Shown here: piece by piece, positions 31,159-41,814 of the stretch
How positions within the stretch are numbered: the first letter of the stretch is position 1
Layout: every line of letters begins with the position of its first letter
Source of the DNA: a bacterium
GTDB lineage: Bacteria > Hinthialibacterota > Hinthialibacteria > Hinthialibacterales > Hinthialibacteraceae
NCBI GenBank assembly: GCA_041946805.1
Contig: JBHGBC010000009.1
Location: 16,372-80,371, forward strand
Length of the DNA stretch: 64,000 nucleotides
Reading direction: 5' to 3'
Made by a program: the position numbers and the translations under genes
The notes under the pieces: model-generated
Told to the model about the DNA's origin: nothing
What the model saw: only the letters and a program-made list of their open reading frames with translations
Database searches by the model: none

Positions 31159-32865
31159 ATGCGAAGAAATATTATCCATCTATCTGTAATTCAGGGTATT
31201 ATGATCTGTTTTGCTGTGGGTGTTGAATCAGTCCCCTGGGAGAAATGGGACCGTGGATTGATCGCCCTGGAGCGGGAGGATGGATCGGTTTTTCTCAGCT
31301 GGCGGCTGTTCCAAGACGATCCCGAGGATCTTGTTTTTCAACTGGCGCGCGTGGATGGCTCGACGAACAGCACGCTCGGCCAGGTCGATCTCGGCCGGAA
31401 AACCTGCCATACCGACCGCTCCGTGAAAAAAGGCGGGAAATACACATACCACCTGTCCGCCATCTCCAAAAGCGCCCAAGGTGATCCCGAGCCCATGGCC
31501 TCGGTCGCAATTACGGTCACGGGAACGCCCCGGCCCTATATCTCGATTCCCCTCCAGGGTGATTACGACTTCCAGAAAGTGGGTATCGCCGACCTCGATG
31601 GGGATGGCCAGTACGAATACATCATCAAGCAGCCGGATTTCAACACCGATCCCTATCAGCAGCCGGGTTATTGGAAAAAGAGCACAACCACGTACAAAAT
31701 CGAGGCCTATAAGCAAGACGGGACCTTCATGTGGCGCCATGACATGGGCTGGTCCATCGAAGCGGGGATTTGGTATTCGCCCTGGGTGGTGTATGACGTG
31801 GACCGGGACGGCAAGGCGGAAGTCTATTGCAAGGCCGGAGAGGGAGATCCCCGCGATGAAAAAGGCCGGGTGCAATCCGGTCCGGAATACCTGGTGAAAC
31901 TCGATGGCGCGACCGGGAAGGTCATTGCCCAAACCGATTGGCTGACCCGCGATGGCTTTGACGACTACAACTATTACTGCCGCAATTTCCTCACCGTGGC
32001 TTACCTGGATGGTCAAACACCGTCACTCATCATGCAACGCGGGACCTACCGGCTGATCAAAACCCGCGCACTCGATATGAATTTCAAGATTCTCTGGGAC
32101 TGGCAGGCCGCCGGGGAGTACGAAAACTACCGTGGCCAGGGATCGCATGGACTCATCAGCGCGGATGTGGACCGCGACGGCCGGGATGAGCTGGTCCTCG
32201 GCGCGGCGGTCCTCGATGACAATGGCAAAGGCCTGTGGTCTCTGAAAATGGGGCATCCGGACATTTGTTACGTGGCCGACATCCATCCCGGCAATCCCGG
32301 CCTGGAGATTTTTTATGGCTTCGAATCCCGCCAGGATACGGATGGGATCTGCGTGGTGGACGCCCAAACCGGCCGGAAACTCTGGGCGCACAAAAGGCCT
32401 ACTTACCACTTGCATAACCAGGGAATGTGCGCCGACTTTCTCCCCGAATATCCCGGCATGGAAGTGTTCTGCGGCGAACGTGACCGGGAGGAACGCTGGC
32501 TGTACAGCGCCGACGGGAAGTTGATTCAGTTCATGGAGAAAGGTTCCCTGAGCCCCCGGCCGGTCTGGTGGGACGCCGATCCCCAAAAGGAGTTCGTCCC
32601 CGGCCGGGACATCCAGGATTGGGGTGGCGCCCCGATGCAATCCCTCGAAGGTAAAGTGATTCTCATCGCCGATTGTCTGGGTGATTTCCGCGAGGAAGTG
32701 ATCACGTGCCGTAATGGGGAACTACGTATCTACTCGACCACGATTCCCACGGATGAATCCCGGCCCTGCCTGATGCAAGACCGCCAATACCGCCTGGGCA
32801 TCGCCGCGCAGACCATGGGGTATTACTATCCGGCGCAGTTGGGTTTGACGGAGGGTGGGAGATAA
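31159..32865 (+). CDS. Rhamnogalacturonan lyase, PL11 (YesW/YesX-like)
   Basis: Signal peptide; DRGLIAL..VFLSWRL, ADLDGDGQYEYIIK, VYDVDRDGKAEV, GQGSH, GDFREEV and LMQDRQYR. Confidence 0.85.
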   Translation: MRRNIIHLSVIQGIMICFAVGVESVPWEKWDRGLIALEREDGSVFLSWRLFQDDPEDLVFQLARVDGSTNSTLGQVDLGRKTCHTDRSVKKGGKYTYHLSAISKSAQGDPEPMASVAITVTGTPRPYISIPLQGDYDFQKVGIADLDGDGQYEYIIKQPDFNTDPYQQPGYWKKSTTTYKIEAYKQDGTFMWRHDMGWSIEAGIWYSPWVVYDVDRDGKAEVYCKAGEGDPRDEKGRVQSGPEYLVKLDGATGKVIAQTDWLTRDGFDDYNYYCRNFLTVAYLDGQTPSLIMQRGTYRLIKTRALDMNFKILWDWQAAGEYENYRGQGSHGLISADVDRDGRDELVLGAAVLDDNGKGLWSLKMGHPDICYVADIHPGNPGLEIFYGFESRQDTDGICVVDAQTGRKLWAHKRPTYHLHNQGMCADFLPEYPGMEVFCGERDREERWLYSADGKLIQFMEKGSLSPRPVWWDADPQKEFVPGRDIQDWGGAPMQSLEGKVILIADCLGDFREEVITCRNGELRIYSTTIPTDESRPCLMQDRQYRLGIAAQTMGYYYPAQLGLTEGGR

Positions 32866-32874
32866 ATATCCATC

Positions 32875-33471
32875 TTACAATCCAAACCGCATGATATCCC
32901 CATTCGAGATTAATCCGTTGGAGACTTGAAAGGGGGCCAGGTCGCCGCCGCCCGCCGCCTCGAAATCGCCGTCCGGGCCGAAACTCATCAATGCCCATTG
33001 TTTGTTGGGACTGGCCTGGTTGGGGAAATGCCGTCCCAGGCCGGCCGGGGTGCGGTACCCATCCGCCATGACCGGCTCCCAATACGGGTAGGTATTCAAT
33101 GGTTCCGCCGGGTTTTCCAATTCGATTCGATCGAACTTGTCTTCTGGAATCGAACTCATATAAGGCACGGGAGTGGTCAACTTGGTCAGCCGCATATATC
33201 GGGACATTTGCACGCCCTTGCACGTACCGGTATAACAACCCTCCGTATAGGAACGGGGCGGGAGGTTGTTGTCGATCCGGTAACTCTCGATGGCCGTGCC
33301 CAGGTTGCGCATGTCCGCTTCCGCCCCGGCGATCTTGGCCCGGATTTGCGCGTTGAGAAAGTTCGGCACGGCAATGGCCGCCAGAATTCCGATGATGGCC
33401 ACGACGATCAACAATTCAATCAACGTGAATCCCGGGCAATGTACGCATCGCATAATCAGCCTCTTCCGCAT
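32875..33471 (-). CDS. Prepilin-type N-terminal cleavage/methylation domain protein
   Basis: GFTLIELLIVVAIIGILAAIAVPNF; LTTPVPYM; SFGPD; SNGLISNGDI. Confidence 0.9.
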   Translation of the reverse strand: MRKRLIMRCVHCPGFTLIELLIVVAIIGILAAIAVPNFLNAQIRAKIAGAEADMRNLGTAIESYRIDNNLPPRSYTEGCYTGTCKGVQMSRYMRLTKLTTPVPYMSSIPEDKFDRIELENPAEPLNTYPYWEPVMADGYRTPAGLGRHFPNQASPNKQWALMSFGPDGDFEAAGGGDLAPFQVSNGLISNGDIMRFGL

Positions 33472-33597
33472 GAAATAATGGATGATTCAGCATATTGTAC
33501 TTTTATGCCTGATTAAGTGTATGGGCAGGGTACGTGTCCCGCCTATACTATAAATCATCAGGGAATGGACGATAATAGGGTATGTAACTTCGGCTCC

Positions 33598-33737
33598 GGG
33601 TTGAAATCCTAGGCTGTTGGAGGATGCCTCTGGAAAGGGGTGCGGATGGAATAAGGGGGAGGAGATGTAAATCCGAGAAGTGATGGCATACAGATAGGGC
33701 TTACCCTCACCCGGGCCCTCTCCCAGGGGGAGAGGGG
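33598..33737 (+). repeat. 140-bp composite repeat, copy 2
   Basis: Homologous to 15352-15491. Confidence 0.7.
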
Positions 33738-33908
33738 ATCAGAAAAGAGAGGTTGTTGTTTTCGTGTCTGGGTTCCCAGGATAAAAGCCCGGAGAAGCGG
33801 GGTAATGAAGAAACGCGCCCTGTTGGTGGATGAGCCATTATTTCTGAGTTTGTGGATGGAAGCGCCAGGTTAAAACCATAATGTCCATCAATCCCAAAGA
33901 GTCTGCTC

Positions 33909-34931
33909 ATGATCCACAAAGAGACCGCCCATGATTCCAAGCAGCCCGCCCAGGACCGGACGGTTTATCCGGCGGTGCAGGAGTATTTGAATTATTTGAG
34001 ATCCACCGGCCGCCGGTCCGCGCACACATTGACCAATTACGAGCGCGATCTCCTCTGGCTCATGAAATACCTCGAAGAATCGGGCTACGGTTCTTCGGAA
34101 AATCTGCCGGATTTTCCCCTCGGGATCGTTGACACCCTGGCCTTGCGGGGATTCATCACCTACCTGCTGGACCGGGGCAACTCGGCCCGTTCCATTAACC
34201 GCCGCCTTTCCGCCTTGCGTTCCTTTTTCGATTATTGGGTCCGGCGGGGACGGCTGGACAAGAATCCCACCCATGCCCTTCACTTCCTGAAAGCCCCCAA
34301 ACGTCTGCCGGTCTTTCTGGATCAGGAGCGGGCGGGGGAATTGATGGATCACCCGAACGAGACCCTGGTCCATGACCCGGCGTTGTTACTCCGTGACCGC
34401 GCCATGCTGGAACTGCTCTATACCACGGGCATGCGCGTCTCCTCCCTGGCGGGGATCAACCTGAACGATCTCGATCTGCCTCAGCGGTGCGTCCGGATTC
34501 TTGCCAAGCGGGGAAAGGATCTTACTCTTCCGGTGGGTGAAGCCGCCCTGGATGCCTTGAAGCAATACCTGGACGCGCGGCCGGCTCTTCTGAACCGCAC
34601 CACCCGTTCCACCCATCCCAAGGATCCCAACGCGTTGTTTCTCGGCCGTTTCGGTGAGCGCTTGACTTCCCGGGGCATTCAGCTGCGCCTGCGCCGGTAC
34701 GCTCTTTCCATGGGTTTGGGGAAGACCACGCCCCACACTCTGCGCCATTCCTGCGCCACCCATTTGCTCGAGAACGGGGCCGACCTGCGCTTCGTCCAGG
34801 AACTGCTGGGACACAGCAGCCTGGCCACCACGCAGCAGTACACGCATGTGACTCTTAGCCGCATCCAGGAAGTGTATCAAAAATCCCATCCACGGGCTGC
34901 TGATCCCCCGAAATCCCCAAAAAGCAAGTAG
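33909..34931 (+). CDS. xerC: Tyrosine recombinase XerC
   Basis: SAHTLTNYERDL, RRLSALRSFF, RDRAMLELLYTTGMRV, PHTLRHSCATHLLENGADLRFVQELLGH and TTQQYTH. Confidence 0.9.
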   Translation: MIHKETAHDSKQPAQDRTVYPAVQEYLNYLRSTGRRSAHTLTNYERDLLWLMKYLEESGYGSSENLPDFPLGIVDTLALRGFITYLLDRGNSARSINRRLSALRSFFDYWVRRGRLDKNPTHALHFLKAPKRLPVFLDQERAGELMDHPNETLVHDPALLLRDRAMLELLYTTGMRVSSLAGINLNDLDLPQRCVRILAKRGKDLTLPVGEAALDALKQYLDARPALLNRTTRSTHPKDPNALFLGRFGERLTSRGIQLRLRRYALSMGLGKTTPHTLRHSCATHLLENGADLRFVQELLGHSSLATTQQYTHVTLSRIQEVYQKSHPRAADPPKSPKSK

Positions 34932-35237
34932 GGTGAGTGCGAAGCGCGTGCCCCATTGATCCGCTTATTCCCTCTCCCTCTGGGAGAGAGCCAGGGTGAG
35001 GGAAAAGGTGTGCCCCCTTTGATAAGCAGAGGCACGTGGCCACGCGCCCCTACGATCCAATTCACCTGGACCCTGTTTTTGGATCACCGCGGCCCCATGG
35101 ATGATATCCCTTTGGCGCCTCTCAAAAAAAATCCCGGCCAGCCATAACCGGCCAATCGCTCTTCTTCGTTATATACTTTGAAGAGAAAGGATTTGAAAAC
35201 AAACGATTGCCCATCGATCGCTTCGTGATCCGGAAGA

Positions 35238-35912
35238 ATGCCGATGAACAACCGACATGAATCTTTTTCGGCCGCAGAAATTCAACTGCCCGGTTGGAAA
35301 CATAGGGTTCAAAACTGTTTTGCCCGGACAGTCGAGATTCTCCTCGTCAGCGGCGTTTTGTTGTTGTCAATTCTGGTCTTTTATCCTTCCTTCGAGCGCT
35401 GCCAGCTGCGCAGTCAACTGACCGATTCCCGAAAGAATCTTCAGAACATCGTCGAGGCGTTGTTGATTTATTCCAGCGACCATCCCGGACACCGGGCCTT
35501 TCCGCCGAAATCCACCCCGATGAATCCCGGCATCGCTCTCTGCCCGATTCTGCCGCCCGAACCGGGCAACCTGGCGTTTCTGACTTCACCGGTGCCGTAT
35601 CTGCCCACGATGGTCCGGGATCCGTTTTTGACGCGCATGGCCGAAGATTCGATCCAGACCCCTTTTATTCTACATTGGATCAAATCCGGCGCGATTTCCA
35701 TCGCCAACCGGGATTCCTTTATCCACCTCGGCTGGGGCGCGTTTACCGTGGGGCCCTCGTTGGCGTTGCCCGCGTCGTATGACATTGCCATCTTTCAATG
35801 GGTGCCGTATGACATCCGCCCGCTCCGGTATATTTATTTCAATCCGACCAACGGCCTGCACAGCGGAGGATTTGTATACACGGACAGCCTCGGCAATTCC
35901 TCCCCGCTCTGA
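35238..35912 (+). CDS. Divergent pilin-like protein, paralog lacking the canonical GFTLIE motif
   Basis: FARTVEILLV N-terminal TM; LTSPVPYL..DPF; TVGP; YFNPTNGLHSGG, shared with the two prepilin genes. Confidence 0.65.
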   Translation: MPMNNRHESFSAAEIQLPGWKHRVQNCFARTVEILLVSGVLLLSILVFYPSFERCQLRSQLTDSRKNLQNIVEALLIYSSDHPGHRAFPPKSTPMNPGIALCPILPPEPGNLAFLTSPVPYLPTMVRDPFLTRMAEDSIQTPFILHWIKSGAISIANRDSFIHLGWGAFTVGPSLALPASYDIAIFQWVPYDIRPLRYIYFNPTNGLHSGGFVYTDSLGNSSPL

Positions 35913-35973
35913 GCGGCCCGCGGGGGAGCATCGCCTCTGAAATAATGATCCCGTGTTTTTCGTATATAAAAAT

Positions 35974-36183
35974 GGCTTATCCGGCAAGTGCGTACTTTTT
36001 CCCAGATAGCTGATTCGCGTCTCTTTGAATTGACCGATGAAAACCACCCCAAAATACCCTCTCCCTCTGGGAGAGGGATCAGGGTGAGGGAATTTTTGTA
36101 AGGTCAGACCTTGATGTCCGCCCTTCTTCAGGGACGAACGGAATCAATTTTGATCAACCTGGTACGCACTTCTCGGATGAACC
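35974..36183 (+). mobile_element. MITE family 1, copy b
   Basis: TIRs GGCTTATCCGGCAAGTGCGTAC / GTACGCACTTCTCGGATGAACC (18/22); flanks ataaaaat / gtaaaaat (7/8). Confidence 0.85.
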
Positions 36184-36280
36184 GTAAAAATGGATCCCCT
36201 CCGGATCCTACGCATTGGCGGCGTGGCGAAGCTATGGTTGAATAGATTCACTTCGGGGCTGGAGGGCAGGAGATAGTTCG

Positions 36281-36508
36281 ATGTGGAGTCATGAAGAGAC
36301 GGCCGGCCGGTTTAAAATCACCGCCTTGTGCGTGTTCATTCTGTTATTCGGGATTTTTTTGGGGAAAAATTACACCCCCGTTTCCGTCTGGATCTTTGGC
36401 TGGACCCCCGCGGTTCCGTTAATCTTTTTCGCCCTGTTTTGCTTCTTGGCCGGGATCGTCTGTGGGTGGATCCTGACGGTTCTCTTCCAACGGCGGATGG
36501 AATCGTAA
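36281..36508 (+). CDS. Small two-TM membrane protein (LapA-like)
   Basis: TM-N..PVSVWIFGW..VPL-TM pattern; AGGAG RBS. Confidence 0.6.
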   Translation: MWSHEETAGRFKITALCVFILLFGIFLGKNYTPVSVWIFGWTPAVPLIFFALFCFLAGIVCGWILTVLFQRRMES

Positions 36509-36533
36509 GAAAGGCTTTCCACTTCCCCGGAAT

Positions 36534-36866
36534 TCACTGGATGGACGCCACTGCCTTCTCGACGGAATCATACAGGGGAAACATGTTGTCGAGATTGGTG
36601 ACATGAAAAATCCGGGCCACGTGTTCATTGGCCTTCGCGAACGCGATGGTCCCGTTTTCCAGGGATTTGTACGCCGCCAGAAAAGTCGCCAGGGCCTTGC
36701 TGTTCAGGCTGTCCATCTGTTCGCAGTCCACGACGATTTTCTTTTTCCCTTCCCGGACCAGGCGGTGCAACGCGGATTTCAGCGTCGAAACATCCGAAAA
36801 TGAGATGGAACCCGATACCTTCAAGAGGGCTACATCACCTTGAATTTTCTTCTCCAACCTCATCAT
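36534..36866 (-). CDS. STAS domain anti-sigma factor antagonist
   Basis: LLKVSGSI, IVVDCEQMDSLNSKALA and VARIFHVTNLD. Confidence 0.85.
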   Translation of the reverse strand: MMRLEKKIQGDVALLKVSGSISFSDVSTLKSALHRLVREGKKKIVVDCEQMDSLNSKALATFLAAYKSLENGTIAFAKANEHVARIFHVTNLDNMFPLYDSVEKAVASIQ

Positions 36867-37124
36867 TTTCGTTCGCCAACCCTTCTGCTTTCGCGCGCTG
36901 ACGTGGATGGCCGTTCCTCATTTCCAATGAGCTATTGGATCATATCTGGAGGCGTTTGGCAATAACCAAAGTTCGGGGTGTTGGTTTCTTCCTTTGTCCT
37001 CGGGTGATTTTACAGTCCCTCTTTCTGGGCATCCCCCATTGATGATTCTTGAAAAATCGGGCATCGTTATGCTTGGATGCCTGCCAATTCGCCTGCCGGC
37101 GCGAATGATAAAGGAGCGGTCCAG

Positions 37125-39740
37125 ATGTCCGATCGGTATTCCTGGAAGTTATGGCCGGTTCTGTGGTTAGGCATGGTCCTGACCGCCGCGGGCCAGACGA
37201 TCCCCGCCCCCGAGGCGGTTCTAGGCTTTCAACCCGGCGCCGATTTCCGGGTGGCGCGCTGGGAACAAATTGTCGATTATTTTTATAAAATCAGTTCACT
37301 TTCCAACCGCGTCCACGTCGAGACCATCGGCCGGACGACCGAGGACAATCCCTACATCTTGGCAGTGATCGCCTCGCCCCGGGTCATTGACGATCTCGAG
37401 ACCTATAAGGCCATTCAACGCAAAATCTCTCATCCAAACGAGATTGCGCCAGGAGAGAAGGACGAACTTCTCGATGACGCCAAGACGGTGGTGCTCATCA
37501 CCTGCTCGCTGCATTCCAACGAGATCGGCGCCTCGCAAATGGCCATGGAACTCTTGTATGAACTGGCCACGCGCTACGAAGAACGCGTCCTGGAGATCCT
37601 GGATCACGTCATTCTGCTGCTCGTCCCCTCCGCCAATCCCGATGGCGTCAACAAGGAAATCGACTGGTACGAACAATCCCTCGGGAAACCGTGGGAAGGG
37701 CAGGGAATGCCGTGGCTTTACCAGAAATACTGTGGGCACGACAACAACCGCGACTGGTTCATGCTCACCCAGAAGGAGACCCAAATCCTCACCCGGGTGC
37801 TTTACCAGGAATGGTATCCCTGCGTTCTGTATGACATCCACCAGATGGGGAACCAGGGCAGCCGCTTTTTTGTTCCCCCCTTCTACGATCCCATCAATCC
37901 GAACGTGGATCCCTTGATCCATGAGTCCTTGAAGATGATCGGCGGGCACATGGCCACGGATCTGGCGGCGGCGGGCAAAACCGGCGTGATCACCAACGCG
38001 ATCTTCGACAACTGGTGGCAGGGCGGCAACCGCACCACCCCTTACCGCCACAACATCATCGGCATTTTGACCGAGGCGGCCAGCCCGCGCTTCGCCTCGC
38101 CCCTCTTTCAACCCAAGGAAGAATTGACCGGCCTGGAACGCGGCCTTCCCCGTTACACGCCCCAGGTCAATTACGCCGCGCCCTGGGAGGGCGGATGGTG
38201 GAGGCTGCGGGATGTGGTCGAATACGAAAAAATCGCCGTCTATTCCCTCCTCACCCTGGCCGCGCGCTACCGGGATCCACTGAACCGCAATTATCTATTT
38301 TTGGGGGGAAAAGCCATCCAACTGGGAAACGAGGATCCGCCCTGCGCCTACCTGATCCCCCCGGATCAGCATGATTTCCCCACGGCGGTCCGTATGGTCC
38401 GGATTCTCCATGAGGGGGGTGTCCAGGTCTCCCGGGCTGAAAAGCCATTCACCGTGGATGGGACCAATTACCCGGAAGGAACCTATATTATCCATGCCGC
38501 GCAGCCCTACCGCAATTACATCCTGGACCTGCTGGAGCCGCAGCATTATCCGGACCGTTCCCTCTTTCCCGGTGGGCCCGCGGAACCGCCCTACGATGTC
38601 GCCGGCTGGACCCTTTCCCTGCAAATGGGAGTGAACGCCGTCCCCGTGGCTGCACCGTTCACGGTTTCAGCCCGGCCGCTCGATTCGGTCCCCCTGCCTC
38701 CCGGACGGATTCAGGGCGAGGGAACCCTGTTGATCACTCCGAATACCTCCAATCATGATTTCATTGTGCTGAACCGCGCGTGGAAGCAAGGCATCCCGGC
38801 TTTTGTGGTACAGTCGGATTGGGCCGGGCCGGACCGGAAATACCCCGCGGGGTCGCTGGTGTACGCCCCGGACTCGAGCCGGCAGGAGACCTTGGAGGGA
38901 TGGATCAAGGAACTGGGTCTCACGGCCGGACGCATTGCGGTGAATCCCGGCCAATTCCCCGAACAACTGTGCATAAAACCGTTGCGGCAACCCCGCGCCG
39001 CCCTGTATCAGCCCTGGACGGCCAATGTGGACGAAGGCTGGACCCGGTTCGTGCTGGAACAATTTGAATTCGACTACACCACTGTCCACAACGCCGATTT
39101 ACGGGCCGGAGGACTGCGCCGACGCTTCGACACCGTCATTCTACCGGATGTAACCCTGCAGGCCCTCTTGAATGGGAGAGACGCCGCGCTCACCGCGCCC
39201 GAATACGCGGGCGGCCTCGGCGAGGAGGGGATTACCCGTTTGCAGGAATTCGTGGAACAGGGCGGCAGCCTCCTGTGCCTGGATAGTTCCACGGCGTTCG
39301 CGATTCGCTTCTTCGATCTGCCCGTCAAAAATGTGCTGGAGGGCGTGGGACGGGACAAGTTTTATTGCCCGGGATCCATCTTGCGGATCAACTTGGATCC
39401 CACCCGGCCGCTCGCGTACGGGATGCGTAACCGGGCGGCCGCGTATTTTGTCCATTCCCAGGCGTTTGAAATCACCAACTCCGGCCGCCGGAGCGAGGTG
39501 GGTGTCAAGATCGGAACGCCGGTTATAATCGCCACCTATGACAAGACCCTGACCCTGCTGAGCGGCTGGATCCGGGGGGAGGAATTGATCCAAGGCCAGG
39601 CCGCGGCGGTCTCGGTTCCGTATGGGCAAGGCCAGGTCATTCTCTACGGTTTCCGGGTGCAACACCGCGCGCAACCGCACGGAACGTTCCGGCTCTTGTT
39701 CAATGGTTTGTTGAGCAGCGTGCAGAACGGGGGGACGTGA
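37125..39740 (+). CDS. Secreted M14 family zinc carboxypeptidase
   Basis: Signal peptide; LHSNE, NPDG, HDNNRD and DIHQMG; C-terminal DEGWTRFVLE glutamine-amidotransferase-like region. Confidence 0.88.
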   Translation: MSDRYSWKLWPVLWLGMVLTAAGQTIPAPEAVLGFQPGADFRVARWEQIVDYFYKISSLSNRVHVETIGRTTEDNPYILAVIASPRVIDDLETYKAIQRKISHPNEIAPGEKDELLDDAKTVVLITCSLHSNEIGASQMAMELLYELATRYEERVLEILDHVILLLVPSANPDGVNKEIDWYEQSLGKPWEGQGMPWLYQKYCGHDNNRDWFMLTQKETQILTRVLYQEWYPCVLYDIHQMGNQGSRFFVPPFYDPINPNVDPLIHESLKMIGGHMATDLAAAGKTGVITNAIFDNWWQGGNRTTPYRHNIIGILTEAASPRFASPLFQPKEELTGLERGLPRYTPQVNYAAPWEGGWWRLRDVVEYEKIAVYSLLTLAARYRDPLNRNYLFLGGKAIQLGNEDPPCAYLIPPDQHDFPTAVRMVRILHEGGVQVSRAEKPFTVDGTNYPEGTYIIHAAQPYRNYILDLLEPQHYPDRSLFPGGPAEPPYDVAGWTLSLQMGVNAVPVAAPFTVSARPLDSVPLPPGRIQGEGTLLITPNTSNHDFIVLNRAWKQGIPAFVVQSDWAGPDRKYPAGSLVYAPDSSRQETLEGWIKELGLTAGRIAVNPGQFPEQLCIKPLRQPRAALYQPWTANVDEGWTRFVLEQFEFDYTTVHNADLRAGGLRRRFDTVILPDVTLQALLNGRDAALTAPEYAGGLGEEGITRLQEFVEQGGSLLCLDSSTAFAIRFFDLPVKNVLEGVGRDKFYCPGSILRINLDPTRPLAYGMRNRAAAYFVHSQAFEITNSGRRSEVGVKIGTPVIIATYDKTLTLLSGWIRGEELIQGQAAAVSVPYGQGQVILYGFRVQHRAQPHGTFRLLFNGLLSSVQNGGT

Positions 39741-39877
39741 GGAACGAGGGATTAACGAGCTTATCAAGGAGGGGGCCCGTTGCCATGTGCCCCTATGGAA
39801 GCAGGCCTGGAAAGGTTCTGGTTCCCCGCGTGCAAAGGGATGACGTTTTTTCGTATTCCGTAATGGTTTCCAGGCAG

Positions 39878-39916
39878 AAAAAACACCGGCCCGTGCTCCC
39901 TGCCCGGGCCGGCGTC
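39878..39916 (-). terminator. Intrinsic terminator of pfk
   Basis: Minus strand GACGCCGGCCCG..CGGGCCGGTG followed by TTTTTT. Confidence 0.65.
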
Positions 39917-39954
39917 TTGGGATTTCAGAATGGAATTTCTGGTTCGCGTCCGGA

Positions 39955-41178
39955 TTACATCTTCTCCACCAAGGGCGCGAAGAGGCGGTTCGCTTCCGGC
40001 GCGGGACCCATCAGCGGCAGGACATAATGGCGGAAGGCTTCCGTGACATCATTTCCGGCCGCGGAGATGAATTCATCGGGCATGACCTTGGTCTTGGCGG
40101 CGATGTCCTCCAGTTTGGAAAGTCTATACTCCACGGCGTAATCGCCCACCCGGTTGATCGTTACCGATCCATCCACGTTGTGCCACAGGGCGTATTGCAC
40201 CGCTTTTTCACCTACCTCCCGGGCTTCGAGAGCATCCACGGGCGATACGCATCCCAAAAAGCACCGCTGCGGGTATCCCAGCGTGTCCGCGCGCACCCGC
40301 TTGATTTTCAATTCGTTCTTGATCAGGTTCGAGAGCACATCACCCAGCGCCCCGGTTCCCGACAATTGCGGGTTGCCATGGGCGTCTTTCTCGGAAGTGC
40401 CCGTCAAGGAGACGATGACGGGCACTTCCTTGCCCTGGTTGTCCCGCTCGCTCCAAACGCCTTCCGATACCGCGATGATGCAACGCCCGTATTTTTTATA
40501 AACCGCTTCCACGTCCCGCAGGAATTTCTCCTTGTTGAATTGGCGCTCCGGCAGGTAAATCAGGTGCGGGCCGTCGTCAGGGAAACGGCGGTACGCGGCC
40601 GAGGCGGCGGTCAAAAAGCCCGCGTGCCGGCCCATCACCACCGCAACATACACGCCGGGAAGCGCCCGGTTGTCCAGATTCGCGCCCGCGAAGGCCAGGG
40701 CGACATACCGCGCCGCCGACCCATAGCCCGGGCAATGGTCGGTTACCACCAGGTCGTTGTCGATGGTCTTGGGGATGTGCACGCAACGGCACTCGTAGCC
40801 TTCCTGGTCGGCGAACTGGTTGACGATCCGGCAAGTGTCGGACGAATCGTTCCCACCGATGTAAAAGAAATAGCGGACATCGTATTTCTTGAAGACGTTG
40901 AAGATTTTCTGGCAGTATTCCCGGTCCGGCTTGTCCCGGGTGGAGCCCAGGGCCGCGCCGGGCGTCATGCCCACCTGTTCCAGGTTGTTGGAGGTGGCCT
41001 GGGTCAGGTCGACGAATTCTTCCTTGATGATGCCGCTCACGCCATGCCGCGCGCCGTACACGTGAGTCACTTGGGGAAACTTACGGCATTCCAGCGCCGC
41101 GCCCACCAGGCTTTGGTTGATGACCGCCGTGGGGCCGCCGCCTTGCGCGATGATTGCCTTGCCTTTCAGCTGTGCCAT
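39955..41178 (-). CDS. pfp: Phosphofructokinase, PPi-dependent signature
   Basis: QGGGPTAVIN, GGNDS (Asp) with PKTIDND (Lys) = PPi-type signature, MGRHAG. Confidence 0.88.
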   Translation of the reverse strand: MAQLKGKAIIAQGGGPTAVINQSLVGAALECRKFPQVTHVYGARHGVSGIIKEEFVDLTQATSNNLEQVGMTPGAALGSTRDKPDREYCQKIFNVFKKYDVRYFFYIGGNDSSDTCRIVNQFADQEGYECRCVHIPKTIDNDLVVTDHCPGYGSAARYVALAFAGANLDNRALPGVYVAVVMGRHAGFLTAASAAYRRFPDDGPHLIYLPERQFNKEKFLRDVEAVYKKYGRCIIAVSEGVWSERDNQGKEVPVIVSLTGTSEKDAHGNPQLSGTGALGDVLSNLIKNELKIKRVRADTLGYPQRCFLGCVSPVDALEAREVGEKAVQYALWHNVDGSVTINRVGDYAVEYRLSKLEDIAAKTKVMPDEFISAAGNDVTEAFRHYVLPLMGPAPEANRLFAPLVEKM

Positions 41179-41345
41179 GGTTGTACTCCTATCCGTTGAA
41201 CGATATGGGGCTATGGGATATCGAAATGATGGACGTTTGTTCCTTGATACATTTCCTTGGTAGTCGAATGACAAAACCTATACCCGTCACACCATTCCCT
41301 CTCCCCCTGGGAGAGAGGAAAACATATCCAAGACTTTTTTTTCCG

Positions 41346-41554
41346 GGCTCATCCGGCATGTGTGTGTTTTTTTCAGATCGCCGGTTCGCATCTCTTCGCA
41401 AGGATCGATAAAAACCACTCCCAAATAACCCTCTCCCTCAGGGAGAGGGCCAGGGTGAGGGTATTTTTAGAGGGACGGATCTGGGTGTCCGCCCTCGTAC
41501 CGGAATGAATGGAATCGATTTTACCTCATTATGTTCGCATTTCCCGGATGATCC
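41346..41554 (+). mobile_element. MITE family 1, copy c
   Basis: Ends GGCTCATCCGGCATGTG / CGCATTTCCCGGATGATCC; same internal modules; flanks tttttccg / ttctttcg. Confidence 0.78.
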
Positions 41555-41814
41555 TTCTTTCGGATCGGGAAAATCCTTCCGAAGACGAATATATACAAGC
41601 CCGGGGTTTTATTCCTCGGAGATTCATTATCCAAATTCTCCACAATCCCAGGTTGTACCATATTTATTTCCCCACCCGCAATCAAGGAGCACGGTGTCTC
41701 GGAGAGGGCACGGATGTCATACGCTTCTCCGGCTGATTTCCACGTAAGACCCTTCATCCATTTTTTCATTTGTGCAACAATATAAATCAATCCGGTGGGG
41801 AGAAGAGAAGAGAT

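Noticed and set aside
33909..34931. Tyrosine recombinase as a possible integron, prophage or shufflon integrase acting on the neighbouring pilin-like genes
   Set aside because: The sequence is typical chromosomal XerC with no IntI insertion; no att/attC sites, cassettes or phage genes were seen
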